A program made the translations under genes and the position numbers. The notes under the pieces were generated by a model. The model searched no databases, had not been told where the DNA came from, and saw only the letters and a program-made list of their open reading frames with translations. Below are positions 12,839 to 25,119 of a stretch of 64,000 nucleotides of DNA, in pieces. The DNA lies in NCBI RefSeq assembly GCF_006345805.1, contig NC_042999.1, positions 159,588,001-159,652,000 on the forward strand, in the 5' to 3' direction. The number at the start of each line of letters is the position of its first letter. Within the stretch, counting starts at the first letter, position 1. Source of the stretch: Octopus sinensis (lineage: Eukaryota).

Positions 12839-12876
12839 TGAGACACCAGTGTTTCGACATATTGTCTCATCAGCCA
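12839..12876 (-). ncRNA. Type I hammerhead motif H2, canonical core
   Basis: Minus strand TGG-CTGATGA-GACA-ATA-TGTC-GAAA-CACTGGTG-TC-TCA: all conserved core nucleotides, G10.1-C11.1, 4-bp stem II, quasi-palindromic stem III, GUC cleavage triplet, 3-bp stem I with one G-U. Confidence 0.75.
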
Positions 12877-13067
12877 GATTTAGCTTGAACTTTGTGACTA
12901 GCCAAATCTGCTAGCTTTGTTTATGCTTTCGGTGAACAGAATTGTTCGAAGAAAGTATAAACAAAGCCAGCAGTTGTTTACTGTTCGGTGCCTACATTTG
13001 CCAATCGATAAGAATCGTTGTTTGCACCCGGCTACGTCGAGATCAGGAATATGAACAATAACATAGA

Positions 13068-13822
13068 CAAAGGCAATAATTAGGCAAAGGTTTTTAATAA
13101 CAGGCTATATTATCTTGACAGCACAGAATTGTAATATAAGAAGTAAGCATATTGTGTAAGAATTCAAGATGAAAATCAGCTTCAACGTTTTAGGAGATTG
13201 AAAATGAAAATATACACGAAAACTTTAATAAATACCAAGGGAATAGAACAAATATGTACATGAAACACATAGTAATTTAGAAGATAATATGAACTGAAAG
13301 ATTGGACTTCCAGGATTTGAGATATACATTTCGTGAAAGAAGAATATATCTTATAGAGATATAAGAATATATCTTATATTCGCTTTGGTTAGTCTCAAAT
13401 TTCCGGCTGCATCTGCCTTGAGAGACACAACAGGTCGAAAAACCGAAGTCCCAGAATGCCGTACACTCATGGGATGAGTAAGTTGAACTCACATTTATCT
13501 AAAAGGGAGAAGTTATTTTAAGATAGACGCAACAGCATCCAACATATTTTGTGTCAGAATCAACCCACACATGTTAAGAGAATTAATAACATTGAATAAG
13601 GTTAGAATTCTTTGAATTATTAGCTTCAATTTTAGAATACCTATCTCTTTAGACAGCATTTTGATTGATTAAAGTTCAACCCTCATTATTTCTGAATATA
13701 AATAATGATCAATAAACATATTTTGAGGCTTATGAGATATATTAAATTTATATGCAATGAAGTAAGAGCTGGTTGCTGACAAAGTATGAAGACGAGAATA
13801 TGCGTGTGTGTGTGTGTGTGTG

Positions 13823-13859
<37 letters not shown>

Positions 13860-14440
13860 CGTGCGCGCGCGCGTATGTGCGTGTGTGTGTTGTGTGTGCG
13901 TGTGTGTTGTGCGTGTGTGTGTGTGTGTGTGGTGTGTGTGTGTGTTGTGTGGTGTGTGTGTTGTGTGTGTGTGTGTGTGCGTGTGTGTGGTGTGTGTGCG
14001 TGTGCGTGTGTGTTGTGTGTGGTGTGTGTGTTGTGTGTGTGTGTGTGTGTGTGTTTAACTTTCCTGCTAGACAATTTAACACTCACATTTATTGTTCATA
14101 TATTTTTACCAACCTCCAGTTTCTCTATAAGATATATTCTTCTTTCACGAAATGTATATCTCAAATCCTGGAAGTCCAATATTTCAGTTCATATTTTCTT
14201 CTAATTTACTATGTGTTTTATGTACATATTTGTTCTATTCCCTTGGTAGTTATTAAAGTTTTCGTGTATACTTGGCGATAAAATATATTTTCATTTTCAA
14301 TCTCCTAAAAGGTTGAAGCTGATTTTCATCTTGAATTCTTACACAATATGCTTACTTCTCATATTACGATTCTGTGCTGTCAAGATAATATAGTCTGTTA
14401 TTAAAAACCTTTGCCTAATTATTGCCTTTGTCTATGCTAT
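13068..14440. repeat. Long inverted repeat with (TG)n-containing spacer
   Basis: 13068-13358 is the reverse complement of 14122-14440 (roughly 90% identity by eye, with an indel); about 14045-14160 is duplicated again at 14570-14710. Confidence 0.9.
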
Positions 14441-14872
14441 TCGATAAACACATCTTGTGTTTTCTTATTTAAGTTGAAGATTCCATCATGACGCCTACTT
14501 AGTATGAAAATTATTCATATAAATATTAATAGTTAATACGTGTGTGTGTGTGTGGTGTGTGTGTGTGGTGTGTGTGTTTAACTTTCCTGCTAGACAATTT
14601 AACACTATATATATGGTTCATATATTATATATAACACTATATATTGTTCATATATTTTTACCAATCTCCAGTTTCTCTATAAGATATATTCTTCTTTCCG
14701 CGAAATGTATATTAGAGAGACTTAGTAATTTTAATATTTCTATTATTAATATAAATATTTACACCCAAAAGACACTCGGATACAGTTTCTATTTTCAATC
14801 AATGCTTCTCAGCTAGTATTTCGTCAATGTATATATATATTATATATATATATATTATATATATATATATAG

Positions 14873-15012
<140 letters not shown>

Positions 15013-15174
15013 CATTCTACAGTTGTTCTTATTTCTTTTTTAGGTCACCACTGAATATAGGAATATATATAATCATCAAATATCCATAGCTACATAGTTA
15101 TTTCTAAATTTGTTTATTATCAAATATTATTCATACTGGCGAAACATTATGAAAATTCTGATTGTGTCGTACAG

Positions 15175-15310
15175 AAAAATCTAAAGCACAGCGGTTAACC
15201 ACAACATTATCAAAGAATATTTACAACAATCTTTTTTATACTCAATTTTACAATATCTCTAATCCCGTGTTTTGCAACAGAGATCAAATCGCTACATGCT
15301 TTAGCCGACG
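15175..15310 (+). CDS. Candidate exon of an unidentified gene
   Basis: GTACAG acceptor, CG|GTAACT donor, 136 nt open (KSKAQRLTTTLSKNIYNNLFYTQFYNISNPVFCNRDQIATCFSR); no recognised homology. Confidence 0.2.
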
Positions 15311-15846
15311 GTAACTGAATATGAATATCACTCATGCCTTATTTTCAGCAAGTTTTAGTAATTGATATTCAAATGCATACATAAAGCAGCTGGATACCAT
15401 AAAAAATATATTCTGGCGTGATATAGGGACGAAATCCGTTCTGTACAAATACGTGAAAATAATGAAGAAATTACATTCAAAGGAACAATCATCAACACGA
15501 ACTGAATGTCTCTTTTACCAAATGCATGTAATGAAATTTATGAATATTTTTATGTGAATGAAAACCATGTTGAACAACTGGGTTAGAAATAAACAATAAT
15601 CAATATTTACTGCGACAGTCAATTCGTAGATTCCATCAAGAGTTCTGTTGAGTATCGAAAATACAATAAATAGAACACATCACTCACTGAATATAGAAAA
15701 ATAGGTAAGCAACAAAATTGCATTCAGAGTTTGATAAGCATTTCTAAACAGAAATATTTTCAATTAAATGAACTTTTGTTGATAAAAAGATTGATAACAT
15801 GCAGGTGTATCTGAATACCATGTCTATTTCAGTGCTGTATGTCGCA

Positions 15847-16225
15847 ATGGCCCAGTGGTTAGGGCAGCGGACTCGCGGTCGTAGGATCGCGGTTTCGATT
15901 CACAGACCGGGCGTTGTGAGTGTTTATTGAGCGAAAACACCTAAAAAGTTCCACGAGGCTCCGGCAGGGAATGGCGGTGATCCCTGCTGTACTCTTTCAC
16001 CACAACTTTCTCTCACTCTTACTTCCTGTTTCTGTTGTACCTGTATTTCAAAGGGCCGGCCTTATCACCCTCTGTGTCACGCTGAATATCCCCGAGAACT
16101 GCGTTAAGGTTACACGTGTCTGTGGAGTGCTCAGCCACTTACACGTTAATTTCACGAGCAGGCTGTTCCGTTGATCGGATCAACCGGAACCCTCGTCGTC
16201 GTAACCGACGGAGTGCTTCCCCCCC
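15847..16225 (+). mobile_element. SINE family C
   Basis: 12-bp TSD CTGTATGTCGCA at 15835-15846 and 16226-16237. Confidence 0.9.
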
Positions 16226-16678
16226 CTGTATGTCGCAGTATATAATGTAGCTTTACAATAGAACCCTCATTTGGTAGTTCGGGTTTCATTCATTAGAGTA
16301 TTGTTAGCACTTTAGGAATAGACGTTAGTACGTGGGAATAACTAGATGTCATGGTGCTAGGTAAAAAATTGTGGATGAATGGTCAGCCTGGGTTGCTTAA
16401 GAATAAAGAACTAATATTGCGGCACCAATAACGCCACGTGACCCGAGCTGACCAACAGAAGCCAAGCGTCAATGTAGAAGTCATTTTAAATGCTTCAAAT
16501 CCCGTATATCTTCACTAGATATCTGATAAACTGAATCAACGGTTATTAAATTATATATTAGCTTCGAGTAAAATTTGATGAGTACCACTTTTTGTATTTG
16601 TCCACGGACATGTTTATGTGTGTGTGTGAATGTGTGGCTGAGTCTGTGTCTGTGTATGTATATCTGTGTCTGAGCGTG

Positions 16679-16679
<1 letters not shown>

Positions 16680-16712
<33 letters not shown>

Positions 16713-16741
16713 TGTATGTATGTATGATGTATGAATGTATG

Positions 16742-16773
<32 letters not shown>

Positions 16774-16975
16774 TGTATGTATGTATGTATGTATGTATGT
16801 ATGTATGAAGTATGTATGTATGTAGTATGTATGTATGTATGTATGAATGTATGTATGTATGTATGTATGTATGTATGAATGTATGTATGTATGTATGTAT
16901 GTATGTATGTATGTATGTATGCATGCATGCATGCATGCATGCATGTATGTATGTATGTATGTATGTATGTATACA
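16680..16975. repeat. (TATG)n microsatellite
   Basis: Directly visible; explains several YIHT/MYVC ORFs. Confidence 0.95.
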
Positions 16976-17246
16976 TGCATGCATGTGTGTATACTCATAC
17001 GTATACATAAATGTAGAAGACACCTGGACGTATTTACAGATATAGTATAGACAGTTTGCTGGTTAAAATTTTACTTGAGTTACCTAAATTATAAACCGAC
17101 CAAGTCTTATTTACATTAATATCAATGCTGTTACACTACTACTTCTTTTTCTAGTACTACTAAAATCATTGCTGTTGTTGTTGTTGTTGTTGTTGTTGTT
17201 ATTTATTTTACTACAGATATCCTTATAGTCTTCATTACTATTACGC

Positions 17247-17375
17247 ATACCAATCACATGGTTCCGGGTTCAGTCCCACTGCGTGGCATCTTGGGCAAGT
17301 GTCTTCTGCTATAGCCCCGGACCGACCAATGCCTTGTGAGTGGATTTGGTAGACGGAAACTGAAAGAAGCCTGTC

Positions 17376-17423
<48 letters not shown>

Positions 17424-17625
17424 GTGTGTGTGTGTATGTATGTGTGTCCGTGTTTGTCCCCCTAGCATTGCTTGACAACTGATGCTGGTGTGTTTATGTC
17501 CCTGTCACTTAGCGGTTCGGCAAAAGAGACCGATAGAATAAGTACTGGGCTTACAAAGAATAAGTCCCGGGGTCGAGTTGCTCGATTAAAGGCGGTGCTC
17601 CAGCATGGCCGCAGTCAAATGACTG
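17247..17625 (+). mobile_element. SINE family A, head truncated
   Basis: Homology to other A copies. Confidence 0.85.
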
Positions 17626-18143
17626 AGAGAATATTACAATTGTTGGTATTGGAGATATTGTGAGGAATCACGCATAAAATATTCGTATCTTTTTATATAA
17701 TCATGTCTACCATGAATGTCGTCGTTATTATCATATCAAAATAGCTGAATGAAAGTACTACTGAGAACATAGTTATACCTGTATACAATAAATTCAATTT
17801 CTCTATTCAACCACATAAATAATAATGTAAAGTAATACACCATTTCTTTAAAAAAAAACAGTCGAACAAAACGGAATTTCTTAAGCTGTATATGAAATGT
17901 CAAACACAGAGATATTCTAACCAACCTTATATAATAATCAAATCGCCGCTGATTTCATGCCTGTATTCTAACATGTAGGTTATTATATATTTGTATACTT
18001 AATTTGAGTAACCTTTCTGTTTTAAGATGTACTATTGGAATTCAATTATCATATAACCTAAATATACGAAAATAGTATTTTGGAGTCTTATAATGCATTT
18101 AAAGCTGTCTTGGAACTGAATAAAGTATTGTATAATCTCTTGA

Positions 18144-18189
<46 letters not shown>

Positions 18190-18289
18190 TATATATATAT
18201 TATATATATATATAATATATATATATATGCATATATGTATGTATGTATGTATGTATGTATACATGCACACATATGTGTGTATCTCCATG

Positions 18290-18448
18290 ATAGATCGCTA
18301 GCCGCTAAACCTTTTTCTATTTTCTCTCCCTGTTTATTTCTGCGTTCCTTTCTGTGTCGTAAAAGACTTTCTTACTTCCTGAGGGTTAAACTAATACATC
18401 TGTTTGTTGTTTACACACCTGTCTTCGTCTCTTGTTTTTTTTTTGTAA

Positions 18449-18481
<33 letters not shown>

Positions 18482-18790
18482 TATATTAAATTAGAGACAA
18501 AACCACTATTATGCAAATCAAACAAAGAAAGACTTAAGCCAATACATAAATTAATTTATATAAATTTAGAAATTAACAATTTAACAATTATATTTATAAT
18601 TTATATTTATAATTGTTAAATTTCTAAATTTATATAAATTAATTTATGTATTGGCTTAAGTCTTTCTTTGTTTGATTTGCATAATAGTGGTTTTGTCTCT
18701 AATTTAATATAATATAATATTTTACTATAAAATTGGATTCAATCCTAAATCTGATTTTTCCCTGTAAATTTGAATTTATTCCTAATATTA
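18290..18790. repeat. Foldback with 98-bp perfect arms inside a probable PLE remnant
   Basis: 18477-18574 pairs perfectly with 18619-18716 around a 44-nt AT spacer; PLE assignment is inference from similar context elsewhere in the window. Confidence 0.8.
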
Positions 18791-18882
18791 TTTATTAGAT
18801 ATTAATATATTATATAATATATTATATATATAATATATATATAATAATATATATATATATACAGGTGAAATAGATGCATATA

Positions 18883-19283
18883 GGCGCAGGAGTAGCTATG
18901 GATTGAGTAGCTTGCTTACTAGCCACATGGTTCCGGGTTCAGGCCCACTGCGTGGCACCTTTGGCAAGTGTCTTCTACTATAGCCTCGGGTCGATCAAAG
19001 CCTTGTGAGTAGATGGGTAGACGGAAACTGAAGAAGTCTGCCGTGTTATATATATATATAATATATATATATATATAATATATATGTAATATATATTATA
19101 TAATGTTTGTGTCTGTGTTTGTCCCCCCACCATCGCTTGACAACCGATGTTGGTGTGTTTAAGTCACCGTAAAATAGCGGTTCGGCAAAAGAGACCGAAA
19201 AAATAAATCCTGGTGTCGATCTGTTCGACAGAGGGTAGTACTCCAGCATGGCCGCATTCTAATGACTGAAACAGATAAAAGAA
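18883..19283 (+). mobile_element. SINE family A, diverged
   Basis: Homology to other A copies. Confidence 0.85.
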
Positions 19284-19338
19284 TACACATGTATATATTT
19301 GATATACATACATATGTGTGTGCGTGTGTGTGTGTGTT

Positions 19339-19378
<40 letters not shown>

Positions 19379-19450
19379 TGTGTTAAATAAAATGAAACAA
19401 CAAAGCAAAGCATGTGTGGAATTTTCAGGATATTTATAAAGATAAATTTA

Positions 19451-19498
19451 GTCTTACAGCTGTTTCTGGGATATTAGGGATATCCCTTCATCAGAGAC
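19451..19498 (-). ncRNA. Type I hammerhead motif H3
   Basis: Minus strand GTCT-CTGATGA-A-GGGATAT-CCCTA-ATATCCC-A-GAAA-CAGCTG-TA-AGAC: intact core, 7-bp stem II with A.A at its base, palindromic ACAGCTGT stem III, GUA site, 4-bp stem I. Confidence 0.75.
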
Positions 19499-19717
19499 GA
19501 TGTGGGATGGTTATATAGAGAGAAATAATAGAGTTCAATGTAAGGAGTTAGTTTGGAAAAAAAGATGGAAATAAGAAGTATAAAGGGAAATAAGAGAATA
19601 AAAGTAAAAATAAATATAGGATATTATAGTTGCAGTTCCATTATCCATGGAAAGTGGTGGGTAGAAGTGGTAGAAATGCTTCTTGTCCATGGTATGTAAA
19701 TTCCGATACTGTTTACA

Positions 19718-20182
19718 CTTTTTTACTCTTTTACTTGTTTCAGTCATTTGACTGCAGCCATGCTGGAGCACCGCCTTTAATCGAGCAACTCGACCCCAGG
19801 ACTTATTCTTTTTGTAAGCCCAGTACTTATTCTATCGGTCTCTTTTGCCAAGCAGGTAAGTCATGGGGACATAAACACACCAGCATCGGTTGTCAAACAA
19901 TGCTAGGGGGACAAACACAGACACACAAACATACACGCACATACATATATATACATATATACGACGGGTTCTTTCAGTTCCATTATCCATGGAAAGTGGT
20001 GGGTAGAAGTGGTAGAAATGCTTATACATATATACGACGGGTTCTTTCAGTTTCCGTCTGCCAAATCCACTCACAAGGCTTTGGTCGGCCCGAGGCTATA
20101 GTAGAAGACACTTGCCCAAGGTGCCACGCAGTGGGACTGAACCCGGAACCATGTGGTTGGTAAACAAGCTACTTACCACACA
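19718..20182 (-). mobile_element. SINE family A with templated internal insertion
   Basis: Homology to other A copies; lies between the arms of a diverged inverted repeat (about 19385-19650 and 20330-20630). Confidence 0.9.
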
Positions 20183-20764
20183 GGTCATTACAATTGGAAA
20201 GTGTGGAGACGTAGATTCAATATGTTGTTCATTCAAAGGGATCTTGTGGTGTGAATGTAATCTTGAGAATGTACTAATTAGGTATTAATTAGGTAGAGGG
20301 GAGAGAAAAGATGTGTATGTTAAAATGAGAAGAATGGAACTGCATCTGTAACATCCTACATTTATATTTACTTTTATTCTCTTATTTTCCTTTATACCTC
20401 TTATTCCCATCCTTCTCCGAAATAACTCCATATATTGAACTCTACTATATCTCTCTATGTAACTATCTCACATCGTCTTTGGTAACTATCTCACATCGTC
20501 TTACGTAAAATTGGTTAAATTTCTGTATGTCCCTAACATCCCAGAAACAGCTATATGACTAAATTTCTCATTTTAATGTCCTGAAAATTCCACACAGCCT
20601 TGGCTTTGTTATCTCATTTTATTTGACATATACATGCTCATACAAGACCCGTATTAGGCTCCTCATTCGTACTATTATCGAACCGAGAGTCTAAGATACT
20701 TCCATAGCACTCACATAGCCTTACCTGCCACCTTGGGTCTTTTGGATACCAATACTTCTTATAT

Positions 20765-20915
20765 ATTCCGCCGAGGTCGACTTTGCCTTTCATCCTTTCT
20801 GGGTCGATTAAATAAGTACCAGTTACGCACTGGAGTCGATGTAATCGACTTAATCCGTTTGTCTGTCCTTGTTTGTCCCTTCTGTGTTTAACCCCTTGTG
20901 GGTAGTAAAAGAAAT
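20765..20915 (+). mobile_element. SINE family B, 5'-truncated
   Basis: Core and 3' part match other B copies. Confidence 0.85.
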
Positions 20916-21055
20916 ATATATATATATATATTATATGATACATAGGGCAATAATAAATTATTATTACCAGTGACCTAGCACAAAAAACGAATTAGTCATT
21001 AGAATTACGAATTATAGTATATTATATATATTATATACATACATACATACATACA

Positions 21056-21089
<34 letters not shown>

Positions 21090-21410
21090 CACACTAGCAA
21101 TGCATCCTAGCATCAGTACAGCTGATATAAAGTTAAAGGAACAATGGAAGTTATTGTTTGTTTAATAATGAAAGGCGAGTGTACAATTTGCATGGGTCTG
21201 CATGAAAGTGCTTTCTGTTCTTAAGAAGGATCAGAAACCATGTATTGTTTCATCGTATAAAAGAGGGTTATTACGATTTTGTCCAGCAATCACGTTTTCA
21301 AAATTTTAATTTCCCCCTTCCCCCACCTCACCCATCCATTACCTACCAGCTTTTAAAAAGCTAAAATCTCCTAATTTTTCACTTTTGTCTGATGTTTCCC
21401 GCATGCATAG

Positions 21411-21480
21411 AATTCTACTGAAATAATACTTAAAAAATACCAGACGACCACGAGAAAACCCGATATGCTAGAAACAACAG
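21411..21480 (+). CDS. Candidate exon of an unidentified gene
   Basis: CTAAT branch-like site, pyrimidine tract and TAG acceptor; CAG|GTAAAC donor; only one open frame (NSTEIILKKYQTTTRKPDMLETT). Confidence 0.3.
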
Positions 21481-21950
21481 GTAAACGACATTATTTCTGA
21501 AGAAACTTCCCGTTTTCCAAAAAGCTAAATGTGAAACATTGGGAGTGTGTAGCTTTTTTGAAAGTGGTGAGATGATGGGTAAAATTCTTAAAGATTCGTA
21601 CTCCTTGTTTTAAAAATGAATTTGGTATGGAGAGGGAGAAAATTAAGATATTGAGACCGAGTTTTGTGAGTGAAATCCTAATATCCTGTATTGCAAACAT
21701 AGGAATCGGAAGAAATTTAAGAAAAAAAAAGTGGGTACAGAAATGTCACCTCAGACATGAGGACAGGATTTCTGTGAAAACTTCTTTTTAAGTTTATATC
21801 AGGTTTTTAAATACGCTCATCACAAACACAATAGATCATTTCAATTGGATTTGAGTTGCAAATTTGCGCGTGCACAGTGCAAAAAATGACATAATTCGCA
21901 TAGAAGTTTTACCTAGTGAGTTTGCATGTGTGTGTGTGTGCGTGTGTGTG

Positions 21951-21991
<41 letters not shown>

Positions 21992-22798
21992 CAAAGGAAG
22001 TTATTTTATGGCATTCTTTTGTTTGAAGAAGTAAAGCTGTCAACACAACATATATGGAATCATATGATTGTTCGTTAATTTACGTAAAATTGGTTAAATT
22101 TCTGTATGCTTTGAAGAGAGCAGAAATTGAAAGAGCGGATAAAGTGAAAAGGTGACATTTGTTATGAAGTGAGAGAAGAAAGTGTAAGATGAACGTGTAT
22201 ATCAAATAGACGTGCGTGTATGTGCGTGAGAGAGAGAGAAAGAGAGTGTGTGTGAGAGTGAGTGAATGAGTGAGTGAAGGTGTATGTTGTGATGTATGAA
22301 TTATTTCCCTGCATGTGTAAGTGGCACTCACTCGCACTCTCTCTCTCTCTCTCTCTCCCTCTCTCTCACGTTATCTTTCATACATACATAAATACATATG
22401 CATACATCTTTTATATGAGAGAGAGTGTGTGTGTGACTGTATTTCCTCATAACATATAGAAAAATGGATGTCTTTTAATGCAATTTTTTGTTTGTGGCTT
22501 ATTTAAATACAATTTTTATGTGTACAATTTCATAAATGTTTGCCTGAGTAGATTTCTATGCATACGTAAAACATCGGACGAAAGTGAAATATTAGAAGCA
22601 AATCGAAATATTTTCCGAAAATGACCTCAAAATTGTGCGACCCAAACTAGTTACCGAGGTTATTTTAGTTATTCTTATAATATTGCTAACAGTAAAACGT
22701 ACACACATAAGCGAAACGAAATGTAGTCAATATAGGTGCAAAATATACTTTCTGCAGCATAGTTATGCTATAAAAATATAAATAATATATAAATATAT

Positions 22799-22965
22799 GC
22801 AGGAGTGGCTGTGTGGTAAGTAGCTTGCTTACCAACCACATGGTTCCGGGTTCAGTCCCACTGCGTGGCACCTTGGGCAAGTGTCTTCTGTTACAGCCCC
22901 GGACCAACCAATGCCTTGTGAGTGAATTTGGTAGATGGAAACTGAAAGAAGCCCGTCGTATATAT

Positions 22966-22997
<32 letters not shown>

Positions 22998-23219
22998 TGT
23001 GTGTACACGTTTGTGTGTCTGTGTTTGTCCCCCTAACATTGCTTGACAACCGATGCTGGTGTGTTTATGTCCCCGTCACTTAGCGGTTCGGCAAAAGAGA
23101 CCGATAGAATAAGTACTGGGCTTACAAAGAATAAGTCCCGGGGTCGATTTGCTCGACTAAAGGCGGTGCTCCAGCATGGCCGCAGTCCAATAACTGAAAC
23201 AAGTAAAAGAGTAAAAGAG
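22799..23219 (+). mobile_element. SINE family A
   Basis: Near full-length copy. Confidence 0.9.
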
Positions 23220-23352
23220 TATATATATACATATATATACATACCTACATATATATGTATATATACATGCCTATATGGGTACAGAGAAGACAGTATCAGA
23301 AACAAAACAAGAACTAACAACAGCCATGTGAACTCTATTCGTTTAATCTCAC

Positions 23353-23422
23353 CTCCGGTATACAAAACCAGACTGTTTACACGTGCCTCTGTTACTGTTC
23401 TATCTGGGGAAGATAAGTTGAG
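23353..23422 (-). CDS. Candidate exon, minus strand
   Basis: TTTGGTTCCAG acceptor, GAG|GTGAGA donor, one open frame (LNLSSPDRTVTEARVNSLVLYTG); opposite strand to the other candidates. Confidence 0.2.
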
Positions 23423-24460
23423 CTGGAACCAAAGTAAATCAAATGTTAACAGAAAAGAGTTCAAGCGATTAACTGTAAATCGAGGATTACATCTTAAGGA
23501 TTTCGTTTCCATTTGATTACTTTACTTCAAAATAATTTTTCACTTTCATGGGACCCTGGAAATGAAAAGGGTCATAAACGCCTGAGAAAAATTATGAATT
23601 TGAAAAGGAATCGGGTATTTTATGGATCCTCTAAACTTCAAGCAACCATGTAACGATATTTGAGCTTCGAATTCTACTTTTACTTTCGTTAATAAAAACG
23701 ACATTAGCAGATGCGACGGTTCAAAACATTTTGTGAGAGAAGAAGGTATTTTATATTGCAATGAATATGTGTTGTTGTTAGTGACATCTTCGAATTATTT
23801 TTATGTTTCGGCATTTTCTGCTTTGTTTTTAAATTCATAAACATGAACTTATAATAGTAGACGTCCACTAAAATAATAACTGTTTAATAGTAATAGCTGA
23901 AAATTGGTGGCCACAAACAAACTGAAAAATAAAGTTTAAGAATAGCACTGGAAACAGTGACTTGTAGTAAATCCCTATCATCAGTGGGGTTTTTTGTTTT
24001 GTTTTTTTGTTTTTTGTTTTTGTTTTCTTTTTAGTGCGTAACACGAAAATAAAAATGACAGCAAATTGTTGTGGTGACGATGATGAACAATATACAAAAA
24101 AAGAAAAGATTAGATTTAATGGAAAACAAAAATTTCAACAAGTCATATTCCAAAGGTGAAAGAAAAAAAATTGTTTTTATCTGTTTTTATCTGTTTTTAC
24201 GCGAAAGAGATAATTTTATTAAACAGTAAAATAAAAATTAAAATTTAGGAAGTCATTAATCTCTTTTCTGCAAATATGACCATCCCACCAAATGACTACC
24301 AAAAGAACGGAATATTGAAGTTTAGGGAGAAGCACTATATATTGGTTGGTGTTTGCGCATGTGTGTGTGTGTGTGAGGTGGGGTGTTATCGCAAGCACAA
24401 AATCTTGAAATTGATGGACCGTCTAGAGTCAAAAATTTCATCTATCCATTTATCTTTATA

Positions 24461-24910
24461 CTTTATTCAAAGCAGCAGAAAATTCAACAAAACCTGTTAC
24501 TCTGAGTTTCCCGTTGCCGTTCGTCGGACAGTTTTTGCAAGAATGGAACCGATATGTGGATTCTATCCAGACTATTGTATTTTTCTGAGAAAAACCCAGC
24601 GGGTAAAGTTCCATCTCTTTCAACTGTTTGTTCTTCCTACTTGCGCAGAGTCGCTCAAACTTTTATAAGGAGCGGGTTACACCGGAGTAAACACATAAAT
24701 GTGAAACAAGGTGGAAAAAAGAGTACTCAAATACCAGTGGTAGAGTAATATGCTTTATTCAAAGCAGCAGAAAATTCAACAAATCCTGGAAACTCAGAGT
24801 AACAGGTTTTGTTGAATTTTCTGCTGCTTTGAATAAAGCATATTACTCTACCACTGGTATTTGAGTACTCTTTTTTCCACCTTGTGTTTATGTGTTTATG
24901 TGTTTACTCC
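24461..24910. repeat. PLE-like direct plus inverted repeat with 78-bp perfect hairpin
   Basis: 24706-24783 pairs perfectly with 24808-24885; 24461-24490 repeats directly at about 24754-24783; 24684-24699 pairs with 24895-24910. Confidence 0.9.
24494..24531 (-). ncRNA. Hammerhead-like motif H4 with CCGACGA core
   Basis: Minus strand CTGT-CCGACGA-ACGGCAACGG-GAAA-CTCAGAG-TA-ACAG: HHR architecture with U4 replaced by C and imperfect stem II. Confidence 0.5.
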
Positions 24911-25119
24911 ATTTATCGTTATAGATAGATACATAAAAATATTGAATATTTTTTTTCAGAAGGATTTCATTATGTTATTTTTTCGTTGTTATTTTTTTCC
25001 ATCCATCCGATCGTTTTTATTCTCTAGGGATTTATAAAGCTGCTTGCGCAACTGGGTTGTATATCTGGTGTCACTAAAGTGGAGAAAATAGGGTATTTTT
25101 TTAAAGATTTCTTTTACTC

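Noticed and set aside
12785-13507. Two AG-6nt-GTGAGT microexon-like sites
   Set aside because: They are on opposite strands and share flanking sequence, so they look like diverged inverted repeat copies rather than exons.
20724-20760. Minus-strand KYWYPKDPRWQ followed by a strong GTAAGG donor
   Set aside because: No usable acceptor; upstream sequence is SINE B.
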